25,035 nucleotides of DNA. It comes from a virus (Duplodnaviria > Heunggongvirae > Uroviricota > Caudoviricetes). The notes below the pieces were generated by a model. The model saw only the letters and a program-made list of their open reading frames with translations. It was not told where the DNA came from and did not search any database. The stretch is from IMG/VR virus record IMGVR_UViG_3300037418_002962, positions 218,650 through 243,684 of that record; one strand, written 5' to 3'. The translations under genes and the position numbers were made by a program. Positions 24,800-25,035 of this stretch are shown piece by piece. Every line of letters begins with the position of its first letter. Position 1 is the stretch's first letter.

Positions 24800-25035
24800 A
24801 ATTTTGTGGTTCCATTCGGGAAAATAATAATGACTGGCTTCTTTTTCTTTTGGGCATAAGAAATTGTATAGGAAGTTCCGCCTTTTCCAGGATCTTCTGT
24901 CCATCCTGGACCTGCAATAAGAATATCTGTCGAGTCTACAATATCTCTATTACGTTCAAAATGAGTTTTTTCTTCAAGAATTGTATCAGCCTTACAATTC
25001 AAGGCTCTAAAATCGTTTCCCTTGCCATCCTTGAA
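24793..25035 (-). CDS. SLOG superfamily (YspA/DprA-like) protein, C-terminal part
   Basis: ERNRDIVDSTDILIA; GGTSYTISYA; KPVIII; frame open to window edge. Confidence 0.8.
   Translation of the reverse strand, partial: FKDGKGNDFRALNCKADTILEEKTHFERNRDIVDSTDILIAGPGWTEDPGKGGTSYTISYAQKKKKPVIIIFPNGTTKLC

Noticed and set aside
1-25035. tRNA, rRNA or CRISPR arrays
   Set aside because: No cloverleaf/T-loop signatures or regularly spaced repeats seen; remaining gaps are explained by small ORFs, promoters or pseudogenes

Overview
AT-rich, densely packed segment of a large lytic phage genome (T4-like or jumbo myovirus style; inferred from gene content and organisation). About 55 mostly short, often overlapping genes lie on the minus strand, with one plus-strand GIY-YIG homing endonuclease. 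Recognisable modules: (i) an RNA-repair cluster (DRB0094/Rnl2-type ligase, a P-loop PNK-type kinase, T4 Rnl1-type ligase, a possible stand-alone S4-like RNA-binding protein); (ii) an AdoMetDC-family decarboxylase among Cys/His Zn-finger small proteins; (iii) a complete, intact prkA(yeaG)-yeaH-spoVR(ycgB) AAA+/vWA/SpoVR operon with a long structured leader; (iv) a purine-salvage cluster (GMP reductase, NDT-like N-glycosidase, PRTase) followed by an internally deleted macrodomain pseudogene; (v) SleB-type hydrolase, peptide deformylase, P-loop kinase and a SLOG protein. Four near-consensus sigma70 promoters, T4-late-like promoter boxes, RBS-masking hairpins at two endonuclease genes and a possible pseudoknot were read directly from the sequence. 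No tRNA, rRNA or CRISPR array was seen. Family calls come from motif recognition only; no searches were run.
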